A DNA stretch of 64,000 nucleotides from Squalus acanthias (Eukaryota), in NCBI GenBank assembly GCA_030390025.1, contig CM059441.1, forward strand, positions 19,964,001 to 20,028,000. Direction: 5' to 3'. The notes beneath the pieces are model-generated. The model ran no database searches and was not told where the DNA came from. It saw only the letters and a list, made by a program, of their open reading frames with translations. A program made the position numbers and the translations under genes. Positions 23,846 through 37,354 of the stretch are shown here, piece after piece (position 1 is the stretch's first letter; each line of letters begins with the position of its first letter).

Positions 23846-25874
23846 GCTTATCCTATTTTTGAGACCCACAATTACCCTCGTTGCTGTGTTTTCTTTCGTG
23901 TGTTGGTGAGGGTTTTTTTGGGGGGGGGTGTCGGGCAGGTGCTTAAAATCGCATCTAGCCTTCCAGATGGGCAATAAATGCTGGCCTTGCCAGTGACGCC
24001 CACATCCCATGAACGAATTAAAAAAAAATAGCCAGAGTTATTTCAAAGTAACCTTTTTCGGGGTTTAATTCAATATTCTCAATGCATTCCGAGTGGTTAA
24101 TTGCCGCAATGATTGTCACTGCGTGCGTTTCCTTTTTACACACTTCGTCTGCTGCTACTCAATTTAGTAACGTTACAGCTGCCTTTTGAAGGCCATCACT
24201 TCCCCTTAAACTGGCCGAGTAAATGAATGTCTGAAGAAGCACTCTCCTCCGGATCACTAATAATGTAAACAGGGGAGGGCCGGGAGCCGAGCTCCAGGAA
24301 GCTTCACTCGCCGCTCATTCTATCCCAATCAGAAAAACCGAGCTTTGCATCAATTCCTGTATTCGAGTGCCAAAGTCTTTTTTCAACCCAGTTAACGGCA
24401 ACGTGAAATTCGTCTGATGTGTAAAAAGCGGCTGGGGCCGAGCCCTTTATCCAATGTCACCTGAGAATTCAGGTTGGTTGTATCCACTGAGTTTTTATTG
24501 ACTACTGATTTTAGTTGATTCCGAGTATATTCCCTTTATGCCTTCTATATCACATGGTTGAGCTTTTGATAATGTCTCCCCACTATTGATGCTAAATTAA
24601 TTCTAATTCCCCCCAATTTCCTTTTCACTTCAACCCCTGCCCGCTGAAGTACCTGCATTACGTGTGCGGTGTCCTTGGGTCCAAGAGAATAGCACCCTAA
24701 ATAACTCGGACAAATTACAATGTTTCAAAATACTTCCTCGCATCAGGATCCCGCCAATCTGAAGATGAATTTGAGTGAACTCTACTGAGGATGTGACAGC
24801 TGGCAAAGCCAATTGCACTCAAAAATACAATATTCTCTTACCATTTGTGGGACTTGGTAATTTTACTGCTAGTTTATCAACAGATTGGATGAGGGTAGCT
24901 CACATTACTAGTGTTGATGTGTGCATCTAGGAGTAAAGAAAGTTAACATTTATAAAGTGCATTATGTCATGGTAGAGTCTCCAATGGCTTTGCGTGGGAT
25001 TAATTTCCAGGGATTGCAGTGACTGTTAGGATTTGCAAGTTTTGCACCTCGCTGCATGGAGCTCAAGATGTTGCACGTGGTCCCTTTGCCTTCCCATTCT
25101 TGCCATCAGGTAGCTTGCTCAGTGCCCGTCCTCCTCTAATCTGTAACCATCTGAATTGTTACTTGTAAGGGTAAAGTACTCGCGAGTAATCTTGGGTCGA
25201 TTCGGATACTGTGGGAAATTACTGGACTGGCAAAGGCCGCACTCCCTCTGGCGGGTCCCAAAAATGAATACACGGCTGTTAAGTAAAGACACCAGAAATT
25301 GTTAACTTTTCTCTTTACCAATGCTGATTTAATTTATATGCGTTTGCAACGTTTTTTATCCTCCCAAAAATGGACGCATCTCAACTGTCCACTCCCTGAA
25401 GTATCTCTCCGATTCTCCTTTGAATGTTTCCACACTAGCTGCGCCCCTGGGCAGTCTATTCTATCTTCCGATAGTTGAATCTAGTAATCCCTCTGCCCAA
25501 TCGGAGCCCCCTGCTCCCGGTTTCTGGAGTTTGCAGCAATTTCAATAGCCTTCAATTTATCAATCCCTTTTAAGAATTTCGAAATAAAGGAGTTGGCTTT
25601 ACTTGCCGCTACACGTTGTGCTGTTGGTTTCCGTAATCTATCCTGTGTTGTGTCCTGTAGCCAATTAGTTTATATTTCCACTGTTTTAATTCCATTATTT
25701 AGACTCATTACCTTACATTAAAAGCCATTTATCACTCATCAGCCCATCTTCCCAATCTATCTAAATCCATTTTTGGATTCGGTTTGCCTGTCCCTTTGTT
25801 AGACCCCAACCGAGTGTCATCTAAATACTCGGCTTTTGTTTCTGTACTGAATTACAAATTCTATATACTGTAAA

Positions 25875-26297
25875 AAGACTTGCATTTATATAGCGCCTTT
25901 CACGACCACTGGACGTCTCAAAGCGCTTTACAGCCAATGAAGTACTTTTGGAGTGTAGTCACTGTTGTAATGTAGGAAACGCAGCAGCCAATTTGTGCAC
26001 AGCAAGCTCCCACAAACAGCAATGTGATAATGACCAGATAATCTTTTTATGTTGGTTGAGGGATAAATATGGGCCAGGATACCAAGGATAACTGCCCTGC
26101 TCTTTTGAAATAGTGCCATGGGATCTTTTACGTCCACCCGAGAGAACAAACGGGGCCTCGGTTTAACGTCTCATCTGAAAGACGGCACCTCCGACAGTGG
26201 AGTGTCAGCCTAGCTTTATGTGCTCAAGTCCCTGGAGTGGGACTGGGACCCACAACCTTTGACTCAGGCGAGTATGCTACCATTGAGCCACAGCTGT
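25875..26297 (-). mobile_element. SacSINE1-like Deu-SINE
   Basis: tRNA-like head, Deu-domain block ggaggtgccgtctttcagatgagacgttaaaccgagg...gatcccatggcac, L2-like tail ggcgctatataaatgcaag. Confidence 0.8.
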
Positions 26298-26440
26298 AAA
26301 CCATGACGACTCTCTACTTAGCCATGTGACACTCCTAGCACTCGCCATACTGTTACAGCTCCATTCACAACCACCCTTTGCTCTCTGCTTTAGCTATTTG
26401 TCTTTAATGTCACTCCAATTTACAAAAATAATATTGTGCA

Positions 26441-27636
26441 AAAGCAAAATACTGCGGATGCTGGAAATCTGAAATAGAAACAGAAAATGCTGGAAATACT
26501 CAGCAGGTCAGGCAGCATCTGTGGAGAGAGAAACCGTTAGCGTTTCAGGTTGATGACCTTTTTGTCAGAACTGGAAAAGATTAAGAGGTGTAACAGGTTT
26601 TAAGCAAGTATAGAGATGGAAAAGGAGGACGGGAGGAAAGAACAAAAGGGAAGGTCTGTAATAGGATGGAAGACAGGAGTGATTAAATGACAAAAGGGAT
26701 GATGGTGCAAGGCAAAAGCAGATGGTAATGGGACAAGTAAAGAAACAAACGATGGGTCTAGAGGAGGTGTCAATGGGAATGGCAGAATCATCAGCAACAG
26801 CTGCCATCTGAAAAAATGGGGGCAAAGGTTATGATCTGAAATTGTTGAACTCAATGCTTTAAAGTGTCTAATAGGAAGATGAGTTGCTGTTCCTCGAGCT
26901 TACGTTGAGTTTCATTGGTCAGTGTTGGAGACCGAGGACAGAGTGAGAATGCTACCAGAAGCTTGGGGTCACGCTTGTAGACTGAACGGAGGTGTTCCGC
27001 AAAGCGGTCACCCAATCTGCATTTGGTCTCCCCAATGTAGAGGAGACCGCATCGTGAGCACCGAATACAGTATACTAAATTTGAAAAAAGTATAAGTAAA
27101 TTGCGGTTTCATCTGGAAGTAGTGTTTGGGGCCCTCGACTGTAGGAAGGGAGGAGGTAAAAGTGCAGGTGTTGCATCTCCTGCGCTTGCACGGGAAGGGG
27201 AGTGGGTGTTGGGGGTGATAGAAGACTGGACCAGGGTGGCGGTCCCTTCGGAATGCTGAAAGGGTGGGGGTGGGGGGGAGGGGAAGATGTGTTTGGTGGT
27301 GGGATCACGCTGGAGGGGGCGGAAATGGTGGAGGATGATCCGTTGAATGTGGAGGCTGGTGGGGTGAAAGGTGAGGACAAGGGGAACCCTATCGTGGTTC
27401 TGGGAGGGAGGGGAAGGGGTGAGAGCAGAAGTGCGGGAAATGGAGCGGATTCGGTCGAGGGCCTTGTCATCGCGATGGAGGGGAATCCTCGGCTGAAGAC
27501 AAAAGAAAGACATATCGGAAGTACTAGTATGGAAGGTGGCATCGTTGCAACAGAGACGGAGAAATGGAATAGAGTCCTTCCAGGAAGTGGGGTGGGAGGA
27601 AGTGTAGTCAAGGTAGCTGTGGGAGGTGGTGGGCTT
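26441..27636 (-). mobile_element. Penelope-like retroelement family A, 5'-truncated, with decayed RT C-terminus and GIY-YIG endonuclease
   Basis: Minus strand RVPLVLTFHPTSLHIQRIIL and NLVYCIRCSRCGLLYIGETKCRLGDRFAEHLRSV...QRKLEEQQLIF...EFNNF; 10-bp TSD atattgtgca (26431-26440, 27637-27646); decayed hammerhead at about 26535-26573. Confidence 0.9.
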
Positions 27637-28388
27637 ATATTGTGCAGCTCATCCGGAATAGACTTTTAGCCAAGAATGCTTATTTTCTTGGCTAGAAAAT
27701 TGAATCATTTGGCACAGGGAATGTTTGAGGCAAGGATCATTGTATCCTTTCAAGTAAAATGGATAAATATTTGAAACCAAGGGAAATAGACGATGGGGAG
27801 AGTGGAGTTCAGTGGGATTAGTTTTGGAATAACCTAGCAAAGAGCTGGCATAGCCATGATGGACCGAATGGCCTCTTTCTGTGATGCAAATGTAATTGCC
27901 CTGTGAAACAAACAGAGTCACGGTTGTCATCCGCAACTTCACCTCAATTACACCTTCTAACCTTAAATGCATTCCAATGCATCAAATTCCTGTCCTTCTA
28001 ACAACACAGCAGCTGCCTTGCCACGGGAGATTTGCTTGTCTTGCCTGATTTTTCTAAACTTTCTTGGTCCCACCTTAGCGGTTATGATCCATAGTTTGAC
28101 TCTTAATCCAGTCACGTGCATGAGCTGTGAAAGACTTTGCCAAATAGAGAACCGTTGCTGCTGGCTGAGAGATCCCATCCACAATCGCCAGCCACCCAAT
28201 CATTCCGCAACCAGACAACTCTCCCTGCAGCACAGCAACAGGGCCTCTCAAATAAGGTGCTGGTGCTTTCAAAGTCCAATTAGTATAACTTTTTATGGCC
28301 TTGATTGAGGAAGTTCGATAAAAGAAAAGGCACATCACCCCAAAAAAAAAAGTGAACTTTTACACAAGCGGCATAGCAAAGAAGGTTG

Positions 28389-28450
28389 GTGTTTTAACAT
28401 TGCTGTGCCTCGGGGTGAAGTGTTTTAACATTGCTGTGCCTCAGGGTGAA
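28389..28450. repeat. 31-bp tandem duplication
   Basis: gtgttttaacattgctgtgcctc(g/a)gggtgaa twice, 1 mismatch. Confidence 0.9.
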
Positions 28451-29078
28451 AGGGTGAGAAATTGTTGCTCCCTACCACCGCCTGCTGGTGCATCTCTATC
28501 ATTGCAAAGGGAAGCTGGAAAGATGCTAGTGAGACATTCAGGCTTGGGAGCAGGACCGTTCTTGGGCACGGAATCCCACAAGGAGGCCTGGGGAGAAGGG
28601 ATGAAGCCTGGTTCAGCACTCGCCACCATCACAGTTTTCAAAAGTTCCAGCAACACCCTCTTCCTCCACTTGCCTCAATGAATTGAATACAGTAGACTTT
28701 CTTAGACCATGGTAGGGAATGTTAGTCTCAATTACAATCACAGCTATTACATGCATCCCATAAACAATTATAATCCCATGAGTTATTCCAGGTGGCCAAT
28801 TAAATACGAAACCTCATAGCTGTAATTAACCAGAACATTCTTTAATTGAATTAAACATCTCGCCAGCTTTTGCCAGAACAATTCAATATGCCTGCAGCTC
28901 TAATTGCCGCTCTATGGCAGATGCAGGCAATTATATTCCGCAATTAGTCTGTATCAGACTGCAAAATTAGAGTGGGCGGGGGCTTATGTGGAGTATAAAC
29001 ACCAGTGCAGACGAGCTGGGCCGAATGGCCTGTTTCTGTGCTGAAAAAATAATAAGTGCTTGCAAAGAGAGAGAGAGT

Positions 29079-29310
29079 GGGGCCGGTTTTTCCTGGCCCC
29101 GGGGGAGGCATCTCTTAGCACTGGAGCAGTATTCCAGTTTCTTGCCCGGTTTTCCAGCACTAGGCCCAGCCAGGGTGTGGGGTGGGGGGTCGCCCCGGGC
29201 CTCGTTAATGGCCTGGGAAGTAAATTCTGGCGCACCCGGTGTGCTGTACTTGAGATGCGCTGTTCCTGTCCAGTGCCGGGGTCAGGGTCGAGGGCAGGAG
29301 AATCGGCCCC
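29079..29310. mobile_element. GC-rich MITE, probably PIF/Harbinger-type
   Basis: TIRs ggggccggtttttcctggccc / gggcaggagaatcggcccc; TSD not conserved. Confidence 0.55.
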
Positions 29311-29624
29311 ATAGTGTAAATGCAGCCTGAATCTAGAGTCAGGGCCCAAACTGTCACCAGAACAAAGCAGAGTGCGATTCCCTGGAGCAGGGTGTGGAGT
29401 GTGAATACAGGTGCCCAACTTGTGTCTGCACACTTCAGATGTCACATTTCAAAGTATTTTGTTTTTAAAAAAAGTAAACAAAGTCAGCTATTTCCTGTAT
29501 GTTATTCTGATCTTGATAAGTTGGCTCTCTGCAAGGCCCGGAGCCAGATATTTATAAGCAGCTGTCAACCTACTGAAATTTCCTTCAGTGATAAGCCTCT
29601 AATCTGAGCACAGGATGAGAAGTG

Positions 29625-29860
29625 GCCTTCACCCCACCATTGACGGCCGTGCCTTTCAGCCGTTTAGGGCCTAAGCTCAGGAACTCCCTCCCTAAGCCTC
29701 TCCACCTCTTTTCCTCTCCTTTAAGACGCTCCTTAAAACCTCAATCTTTGACCAAGCTTTTGGTCGCCTGTCCTAATGTTTCCTCCTTTGGCTCAGTGTC
29801 CGTTTTTGTCTGATGATGCACCTGTGAAGTGCCTTGGGACGTTGCAAGTCGTTGCTGTAA
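29625..29860 (+). mobile_element. L2 3' fragment
   Basis: Similar to 22440-22666. Confidence 0.75.
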
Positions 29861-29956
29861 AAGGACAGACCGTCTTCAACACACATCTTTCTTAGCTGCT
29901 CAATATCTCCACCCTAGATTACCCAGGAGCAGTGTCACAGAAGATCAGCTAGATAT

Positions 29957-30720
29957 ATAGAATATAAAAATAGGGAGGTATTGCTTCAGTTGTACAAGGT
30001 ATTGGTGAGACCGCACCTGGAGTACTGCATACAGTTTTGGTGTCCTTACTTAAGGAAAGACATCCTTGCTCTCGAGGCAGTGCAAAAAAGGTTCACTCGG
30101 TTAATCCCGGGGATGAGGGGGTGGTCATACGAGGAGAGGTTGGGTAGATTGGGACTCTACTCATTGGAGTTCAGAAGAATGAGAGGCGATCTTATTGAAA
30201 CATATAAGATTGTGAAGGGGTTGGATCGGGTGGATGTGGGGAGGATGTTCCCGATGACGGGTGAGACTAGAACTAGGGGACATAGTCTTAGAATAAGGGG
30301 CTGCTCTTTCAAAACTGAGATGAGGAGGAACTACTTCACTCAGAGGGTGGTAGGTCCATGGAATATGCTGCCACAAAAAGCTGTAGAAGCTACATCATTA
30401 AATAAATTTAAAACAGAAATAGACAGTTTCCTAGAAGTAAAGGGCATTAAGGGTTACGGGGAGCGGGCAGGAATTTGGACATGAGTCTAGGTTCGGATCG
30501 GTCATGGCCCTGTGGGTAGTGGAGCGGGCCCAGGGACCGTGTAGCCTGATTCTGCTCCTATTTCGTGTGTGCAATTCTGTTAGATGCAGGAGATGGTTCT
30601 GTGATAGTAGATAGTAGATTGGCGGTTAGGATCAGATCAGCCATGATCTTATTGAATGGCGGAGCAGGCTCGAGGGGCAGATTGGCCTACTCCTGCTCCT
30701 ATTTCTTATGTTCTTATGTT
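29957..30720 (+). mobile_element. CR1/HER1 3' fragment (same subfamily as 5776-6838)
   Basis: ORF 29981-30484 nearly identical to ORF 6058-6645; same double tail. Confidence 0.93.
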
Positions 30721-30806
30721 TCGAAAGAATACATAGTTTGAGGAATGATTACAGTATATCTTGCATTTTTAAAGTTTTATTTTTTTATAGCGCCAGTTAG
30801 TGAAAT

Positions 30807-31258
30807 AAAGACTTGCATTTCTATAGCGCCTTTCACGACCTCAGGATGTCCCAAAGCACTTTACAGCCAATGAAGTACTTTTTGAAGTGTAGTCACTGTT
30901 GTAATGCAGGAAACACAACAGCCAATTTGCGCACAGCAAGCTCCCACACACAGCAATGTGATACTGACCAGATAATCTGTTTTTAATGATGTTGAGTGAG
31001 GGATAAATATTGGCCAGGACACCGGGGAGAACTCCCCTGCTCTTCTTCAAAATAGTGGCCGTGGGATCTTTTACGTCCACCTGAGAGAGCAGACAGGGCC
31101 TCGGTTTAACATCTCATCCGAAAGACGGCACCTCCAACAGTGCAGCACTCCCTCAGTGTCAGCCTAGATTTTTGTGCTCGAGTCTCTGGAGTGGGACTTG
31201 AACCCACAACCTTCAGGACTCAGAGGCGAGTGTGCTACCCACTGAGCCAGTGGCTGGC
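30807..31258 (-). mobile_element. SacSINE1-like Deu-SINE
   Basis: Head, Deu domain and tail all present. Confidence 0.8.
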
Positions 31259-31929
31259 AATGGTGATAGCCTGCGTGTGCAGCAGTTGCTATACTGCAAG
31301 ATGTGGTTAGTGAAGTAACATGTTGTGTGAACACTTTTTTTTTATTTTCCAGTTAGTTATCTGTAGTACTTATTATCAAACCACATTACATCCAGAATCT
31401 CTCACTGGATTGCCATGGCAATATCTCACTGGGAAATGCCATTTGTCTAAAAGACCTTCATGACCCTTGTACTAGTGGTGGTCATGAACTCTGCTGAAAG
31501 AACAATGGTAATAACTTGTAATGATCAACATAAGATCCGGCATCCTGTATGTAATGTGTTTTAAATCAAGCATTATTATTGCCAAACAAAAAAACGATTA
31601 TTTTCTCAGTGGGCATCTGGTTAATGGCAATCTGTTTCCAATGCTTATAGTATGTTTTTTGGGGGAAAAAAACAGTGGCCTTTTAAAACATGTTTTTAAT
31701 TAGAGTGTTTAGATACTCTTAGTGTAAAATTGAATACAGTTAAACAGCTTATGTGTTATAATTAGACAACACTCCTGCAATATCTGGTACCTAGCACAAT
31801 TCCATATTAATTTAATCTCAGTACTGTAGTAAGTTTTGCACTGCTTTAGTGAAGTAATGGGCAGATTTGTGTCATCCGGCAATGTTAGGATACTTGCTGT
31901 TGATCTGAAACACTCAAATGATGAACCTT

Positions 31930-32508
31930 TATAAAACACTGGTCCGACCTCAACTGGAGTATTGTGTCCAATTCTGGGCACCGCACTTTAGGAAGGATGT
32001 GAAGGCCCTTAGAGAGGGTGCAGAAAAGATTTACGAGAATGATTCCAGGGATGAGGGACTTCAGTTACGTGGATAGACTGGAGAAGCTGAGGTTGTTCTC
32101 CTTAGAGCAGAGAAGATTGAGACGAGATTTGATAGAGGTGTTCAAAATCATGAGGGGTTTCGACAGAGGAGATAGAGGCAAAATGTTCCCATTAGAAGAA
32201 GGGTTGAGAACCAGAGGACACAGATTTAAGGTGATTGGCAAAAGAACCAAAGGCAACATGAGGAAAAACATTTTTACGCGGTGAGTGGTTAGGATCTGGA
32301 ATGCACTGCCTGAAACGGTGGTGGAGGCAGATTCAATCGTGGCTTTCAAAAGGGAATTGGATAAATACCTGAGGGGAAAAAATTTGCAAGGATATGGAGG
32401 ACGGGCGGGGGAGTGGGACTAGCTGAAGTGCTCTTGCAGAGAGCCAGCACAGGCTCGACGGGCCGAATGGCCTCCTTCTGTGCTGTAACCATTCTAGGAT
32501 TCTATGAT
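31930..32508 (+). mobile_element. CR1 3' fragment
   Basis: [17 protein letters not shown] 32018-32284, tail (attctatg)n. Confidence 0.9.
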
Positions 32509-32519
32509 CTCGGGGGGGA

Positions 32520-32696
32520 GGGGGGTGTCATTTGAACTTTGGGTGGTAGTGTAAAATGGGCGATAGTGAATTGGCCGTCCATATACACCCCGCCCCTTTT
32601 CCCCATCCATTGACTTCATTGGATAGGAAAATCAGTGGTGGCGCACAACGGGCGTTTGATTCAATATTGCACGTTTTACAGTTAAAATGACCCCCT
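32520..32696. mobile_element. Palindromic MITE with central ccattgacttcattgg
   Basis: gggg...cccc ends and internal symmetry; relatives at 35884-36278 and 47276-47422. Confidence 0.55.
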
Positions 32697-32807
32697 CGGA
32701 GTTTTCTGTTTCTTTTAAAAAAGGTAACTTTTTCTCAAAAACTCCACTTGTACTCGATCACTAATTAAAGCCTATTTAAAGGTGCAGTTATACTACAGTG
32801 TGAGATT

Positions 32808-33326
32808 GATACCTTACCTAAGAAAGGATATACTTGCCATAGAGGGAGTGCAGCGAAGGTTCACCAGACTGATTCCTGGGATGGCAGGACTGTCGTATGA
32901 GGAGAGATTGGGTCGACTAGGCCTGTATTCACTAGAGTTTAGAAGAATGAGAGGGGATCTCATTGAAACGTATAAAATTCTGACAGGGCTAGACAGACTG
33001 ATGCAGGGAGGATGTTTCCCCTGGCTGGGGGGGGGGGGGTCTAGAACGAGGGGTCACAGTCTCAGGATACGGGGTAGAACATTTAGGACTGAGATGAGGA
33101 GAAATTTCTTCACTCAGTGGGTGGTGAACCTGTGGAATTCTCTACCACAGAAGGCTGTGGAGGCCAAGTCACTGAATATATTTAAGAAGGAGACAGATAG
33201 ATTTCTGGACACAAAAGGCATCAAGGGGTATGGGGAGAGAGCGGAAATATGGTATTGAGATAGAGGATCAGCCATGATCATATTGAATGGCCTACTCCTG
33301 CTCCTATTTTTCTATGTTTCTATGTT
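32808..33326 (+). mobile_element. CR1 3' fragment
   Basis: PYLRKDILAIEGVQRRFTRLIPG...WNSLP; tail ctatgtttctatgttt. Confidence 0.9.
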
Positions 33327-33369
33327 TTAGAGCAACAAGGGACTGACGAGAGCAAGTTGTACTGCCAGC

Positions 33370-33544
33370 CAATGTTCCCTGCGAGCGGTGCTGTGTTGCG
33401 CGCGGCATGCTTCTTTCAATGCGCGCTCCCTTTAAAGTTCTGCGCTGCGCGGTATTTCTAGTGTAAAAGCTCGTGAGCGGCCTGCGCGGGACCTTTCACA
33501 TTACTGCGCAGGCCGCGCACACGTGCAGCTTCGAGGGAGCATTG
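33370..33544. mobile_element. hAT-type MITE
   Basis: TIR caatgttccct / agggagcattg; 8-bp TSD ctgccagc (33362-33369, 33545-33552). Confidence 0.85.
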
Positions 33545-33784
33545 CTGCCAGCCCTGCCTCAATCTACAGTCCGGGAACTTTAAGATGCCCTCACTAGTAT
33601 CTCCATGTCAATTAAATTTTAATGATAGCAAAGAGAGCAAATGGAATGTTGGTTCTTCGTTAACATTAAAAAGGTTAAAAATGAAGACGTTAAAAATTCC
33701 CTACTGGTCTGTCGGACTGCCTGGCAATTATTACATTTCACTTTGCACGCACTGAAGTTACGATGCAGCTGTTGCCTACTACCT

Positions 33785-34155
33785 CATCGATGTTGTAATG
33801 TAGGGAAGGAAACAGATAATTTGTGCACAGCAAGGTCCCACAAACAGCATTGAGGTAAGTGGCCAAACAATTTCTTTTTTTAGTGATGTTGGGTGAGGGA
33901 GAAATGATGTCCAGGATACTTGGAGAACTCCCCCGCTCTTCTTCGAAATAGTGCCATGGGATCTTTTACATCCACCTGAGAGAGCAGATGGGGCCTCGGT
34001 TTTACATCTCATCTGAAGGATGGCACCTCCGACAGTGCAGCACTCCCTCAGCACTGCACCGGAGTGTCAGCCTAGATTATGTGCTCAAGTCTCTGGAGTG
34101 GGACTTGAACCCACGGCCTTCTGACTCCGAGGCGAGAGTGCTACCCACTGAGCCA
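33785..34155 (-). mobile_element. SacSINE1-like Deu-SINE
   Basis: Deu domain and tRNA-like head. Confidence 0.8.
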
Positions 34156-35162
34156 AGAAATGTGGAAAGGAGCACATTCACACTTAATGTTATTATTGAA
34201 GTCAAAGATAAATCTCAGGTTTGCAGAATAGATACAGACGAGGAAGCCATTCGGCCCATCTTCGCACCTCTATCCAGAAAGATGTTATCTGCATTTCACT
34301 AAACCAAAGTTCATTCCAAGTGTTGATCATTTTGTGTACAAAGAACTTCCTAACATCATTTGCAGTTGCTGCTTTCTGCCCTGAAGTTATACCCGTTTGC
34401 CCTAGTGCAATGGTATGATTTGGAGTAGTATTCCAGGTTTACCTTTTCTAAACTGTCTATTGCATTCTACACCTCTAAAGGGGGCCTGTCAGTCTCTTCC
34501 TTTTGAAGGCTGAAGTGCCCGAGGTTTATCCAGTCTTTGCCTGTAACTCAGACCCCTGATACTAGCTACCAAACTTACATTGTATACGTGTAACGGAAGC
34601 CTCACACTCACTAATGCTATTATTCTACCTACTTTTTACTCAATAAGATTCAACGTGCAGTTTCACCACGTATTGCAGATTAACTGCTACGAGGAGATCA
34701 TTAACAGCTTCCTGTCACCTGGCCGAGACAGGAAAGTACCTTTTGCTGGCAATCCAGTCAAAAACAGCAGGTTTTCTTTCTTTATTATCAGATTAATAGG
34801 TCAGTTATACCTTGCACTTTGCACATTGAAGACTGCGGCAATGCCTCTGTACTCAAGACGATGAAAGTAAGATTCCCCCAGCTCAGTGTTCTCAGCTTAA
34901 AGCTCTTCTTTCTTTGACACATTGGTTTCATTGGCTCTTGTCTGAACTTCAACCAAGTGGCCACTTTTCATGTGTGAGCCCAGAAAGTGAGTGTCAGATT
35001 GTTTTTGGTGATGGAGGATTGAACAAACAGTTCTCCAGGTCTGTGCAGTATACGCCCCACTGAGTCATTGCAGACCAAGAACAAATTGTATTCTGATCAG
35101 GGAGCAGTGAATGATTTGTGGCCTTGGGACGTTTTGCTATGTTGAAGGTGCTGTATTAATGC

Positions 35163-35540
35163 AAGATTCTGAAGGGGATTGACAGGGTAGATGCTGAGAA
35201 GTTGTTTCCCCTGGCTGGAGTGTCTAGAACTCGGGGGCATAGTCTCAGGATAAGGGGTAGTCCATTTAAGACTGAGATGTGGAGGAATTTTTTCACTCAG
35301 AGGGTTGTGAATCTTTGGAATTCTCTGCCCCAGAGGGCTGTGAATGCTGAGTCTTTGAGTATATTCAAGGCTGAGATCGATAGATTTTTGGATTCTAGGG
35401 GAATCAAGGGATATGGAGATCGGGCGGGAAAGTGGAGTTGAGGTCGAAGATCAGCCATGATCTTATTGAATGGTGGAGCAGGCTCTAGGGGCCGTATGGC
35501 CGACTCCTGCTCCTAATTCTTGTGTTCTTATGTTCTTATA
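35163..35540 (+). mobile_element. CR1 3' fragment
   Basis: ORF 35202-35441 and tail ttcttgtgttcttatgttcttat. Confidence 0.88.
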
Positions 35541-35883
35541 AGTTGTTGTATTTTGTACCAAGAAAATTTGTAGTTAATTACTCTTGAGAGACTCTTGAGA
35601 GTAGAATTTCTGATTAGTGTTACCCGTTTGTTATAATGTTGATTGGAACATCTACATGTTGCTGTTTGTGGAGTGCGATATAGTCCGTGATATTTCTTAT
35701 AGCCCCGTGATGCAGCGTAATACCATACGGTGGCGCTGCTGAGCAGCAGTTGACGCAGCCTGGCGATTTGGTTTTTTCTAATGAGATTAAAAATTGTGCT
35801 AAGAATTTGCATATAGTGGACTGTCATATGCAGAAAATACAAGTTGCTTTGAACCATGGCGTTTTGCGCACTATTGGGGGGGG

Positions 35884-36278
35884 GGGGGTGAAATTCAACT
35901 TTGCGGGGGGGCACAGAACGGGCAACAATGGATCAGCCACCCAGTATACACCCCGCTGGTGTCAGCTGTGGCTCAGTGGGCAGCACGCTCACCTCTGGAT
36001 CAGAAGGTGGTGGGTTCAAGTCCCACTTCCAGAGACCTGATTATCTGGTCGTTATCTCATTGCTGTTTGTGGGAGCTTAGCTTGCTGTGCGCAAATTGGC
36101 TGTTGCGTTTCTTACATTACAACAGTGACTACACTTCAAAAAGTCCTGAGGTGTTTATAAAAATGGAAAGTCTTTCTTTTTGAAAGGAAAATCAGGCAGG
36201 GTTGTACAGCGGGTGACCGATCCATGACTGCCTGTTTTTACCCCCCCGCCGCCGCCGCCGAAGTCGAATTTCACCCCC
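35884..36278. mobile_element. Palindromic MITE interrupted by an internally deleted SacSINE1-like copy (35959-36180, +)
   Basis: Ends ggggtgaaattcaactt / aagtcgaatttcacccc; SINE head gtcagctgtggctcagtggg and tail inside. Confidence 0.6.
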
Positions 36279-36321
36279 ACGTCTTCAAAAGCCGTTGGTG
36301 TGCTGGATATGGTTCACGGAA

Positions 36322-36780
36322 GAAAGAACGACTTGCATTTCTATAGCGCCTTTCACGACCTCAGGACGTCCCAAAGCGCTTTACAGCCAATGAAGTACTT
36401 TTTGAAGTGGAGTCACTGTTGTAATGTAGGAAACACGGCAGCCAATTTGCACACAGCAAGCTCCCACAAACAGCAAAGAGATAATGACCAGATCATCTGT
36501 TTTAGTGATGTTGATTGAGGAATAACTATTGGCCAGGACACCGGGGAGAACCCCCTGCTCTTCTTCGAAATAATGCCATGGGATCTTTTACGTCCGCCTG
36601 AGAGGGCAGCTGAGGCCTCGGTTTAATGTCTCATCTGAAAGGCGGCACCTCCGACAGTGCAGCACTCCCTCAGTACTGCACTGGAGTGTCAGCCTAAATT
36701 TTTCTGCTGAAGTGAGACTTGAACCCACAACCTCCTGACGCAGAGGCGAGGGTGCTACCCACTGAGCCACTGGCTGACAC
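36322..36780 (-). mobile_element. SacSINE1-like Deu-SINE
   Basis: Full-length copy. Confidence 0.82.
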
Positions 36781-37354
36781 TTAAAAGGGCAACAGGGATA
36801 AGTTCAGGACCTATATTCATGCAGATTTTGTTTTTGTTGTTCTGACAGCACAATCCGTAACCAATGCAGAGGTGCCTGAGCATTTAAACTATGTGTGATG
36901 GTCTCAGACAACATTAAATATCCCTTCACAAATGTAAGGAATGGATCTTAATTACTACTGTAGGTGTAAGAAGGATTATCCAATCATCTGTAGCTAAAGA
37001 AATCACAACACCCAGTCAGGCTGTAGCTGTAGTACTTGTGTAAGGACATTCTGCGGCCGCTATATTGCTCCAGGGTCGGTCTTTACTGATCTCTCTCATC
37101 TGTTGAGATCCACTGTGAACTTGCCACGAGTCAAATCATAGAACATGCCCATTCTGGGATCAGTATGGCTCCCTCCTGCCCACGTGCTTTAAATGGCACT
37201 GCAGCAACCTTTCCTTTTAGTAGGAGTCCCTATGGCAAGGTGCAACCATCCAAGTCCCACGATGCTTGGTAAGACAAATTTGTCACGAGATGTTGGGCCT
37301 TGAGATTCCTGGAACTGCCCGCCAGTCTGCCCCAGATCTTGCAGGTGGAGCCAT

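Noticed and set aside
26535-26573. Active hammerhead (also 58565-58597 and 11605-11643)
   Set aside because: Core mutated to CTGACAA (consistent with CpG decay) or stem II broken; likely inactive.
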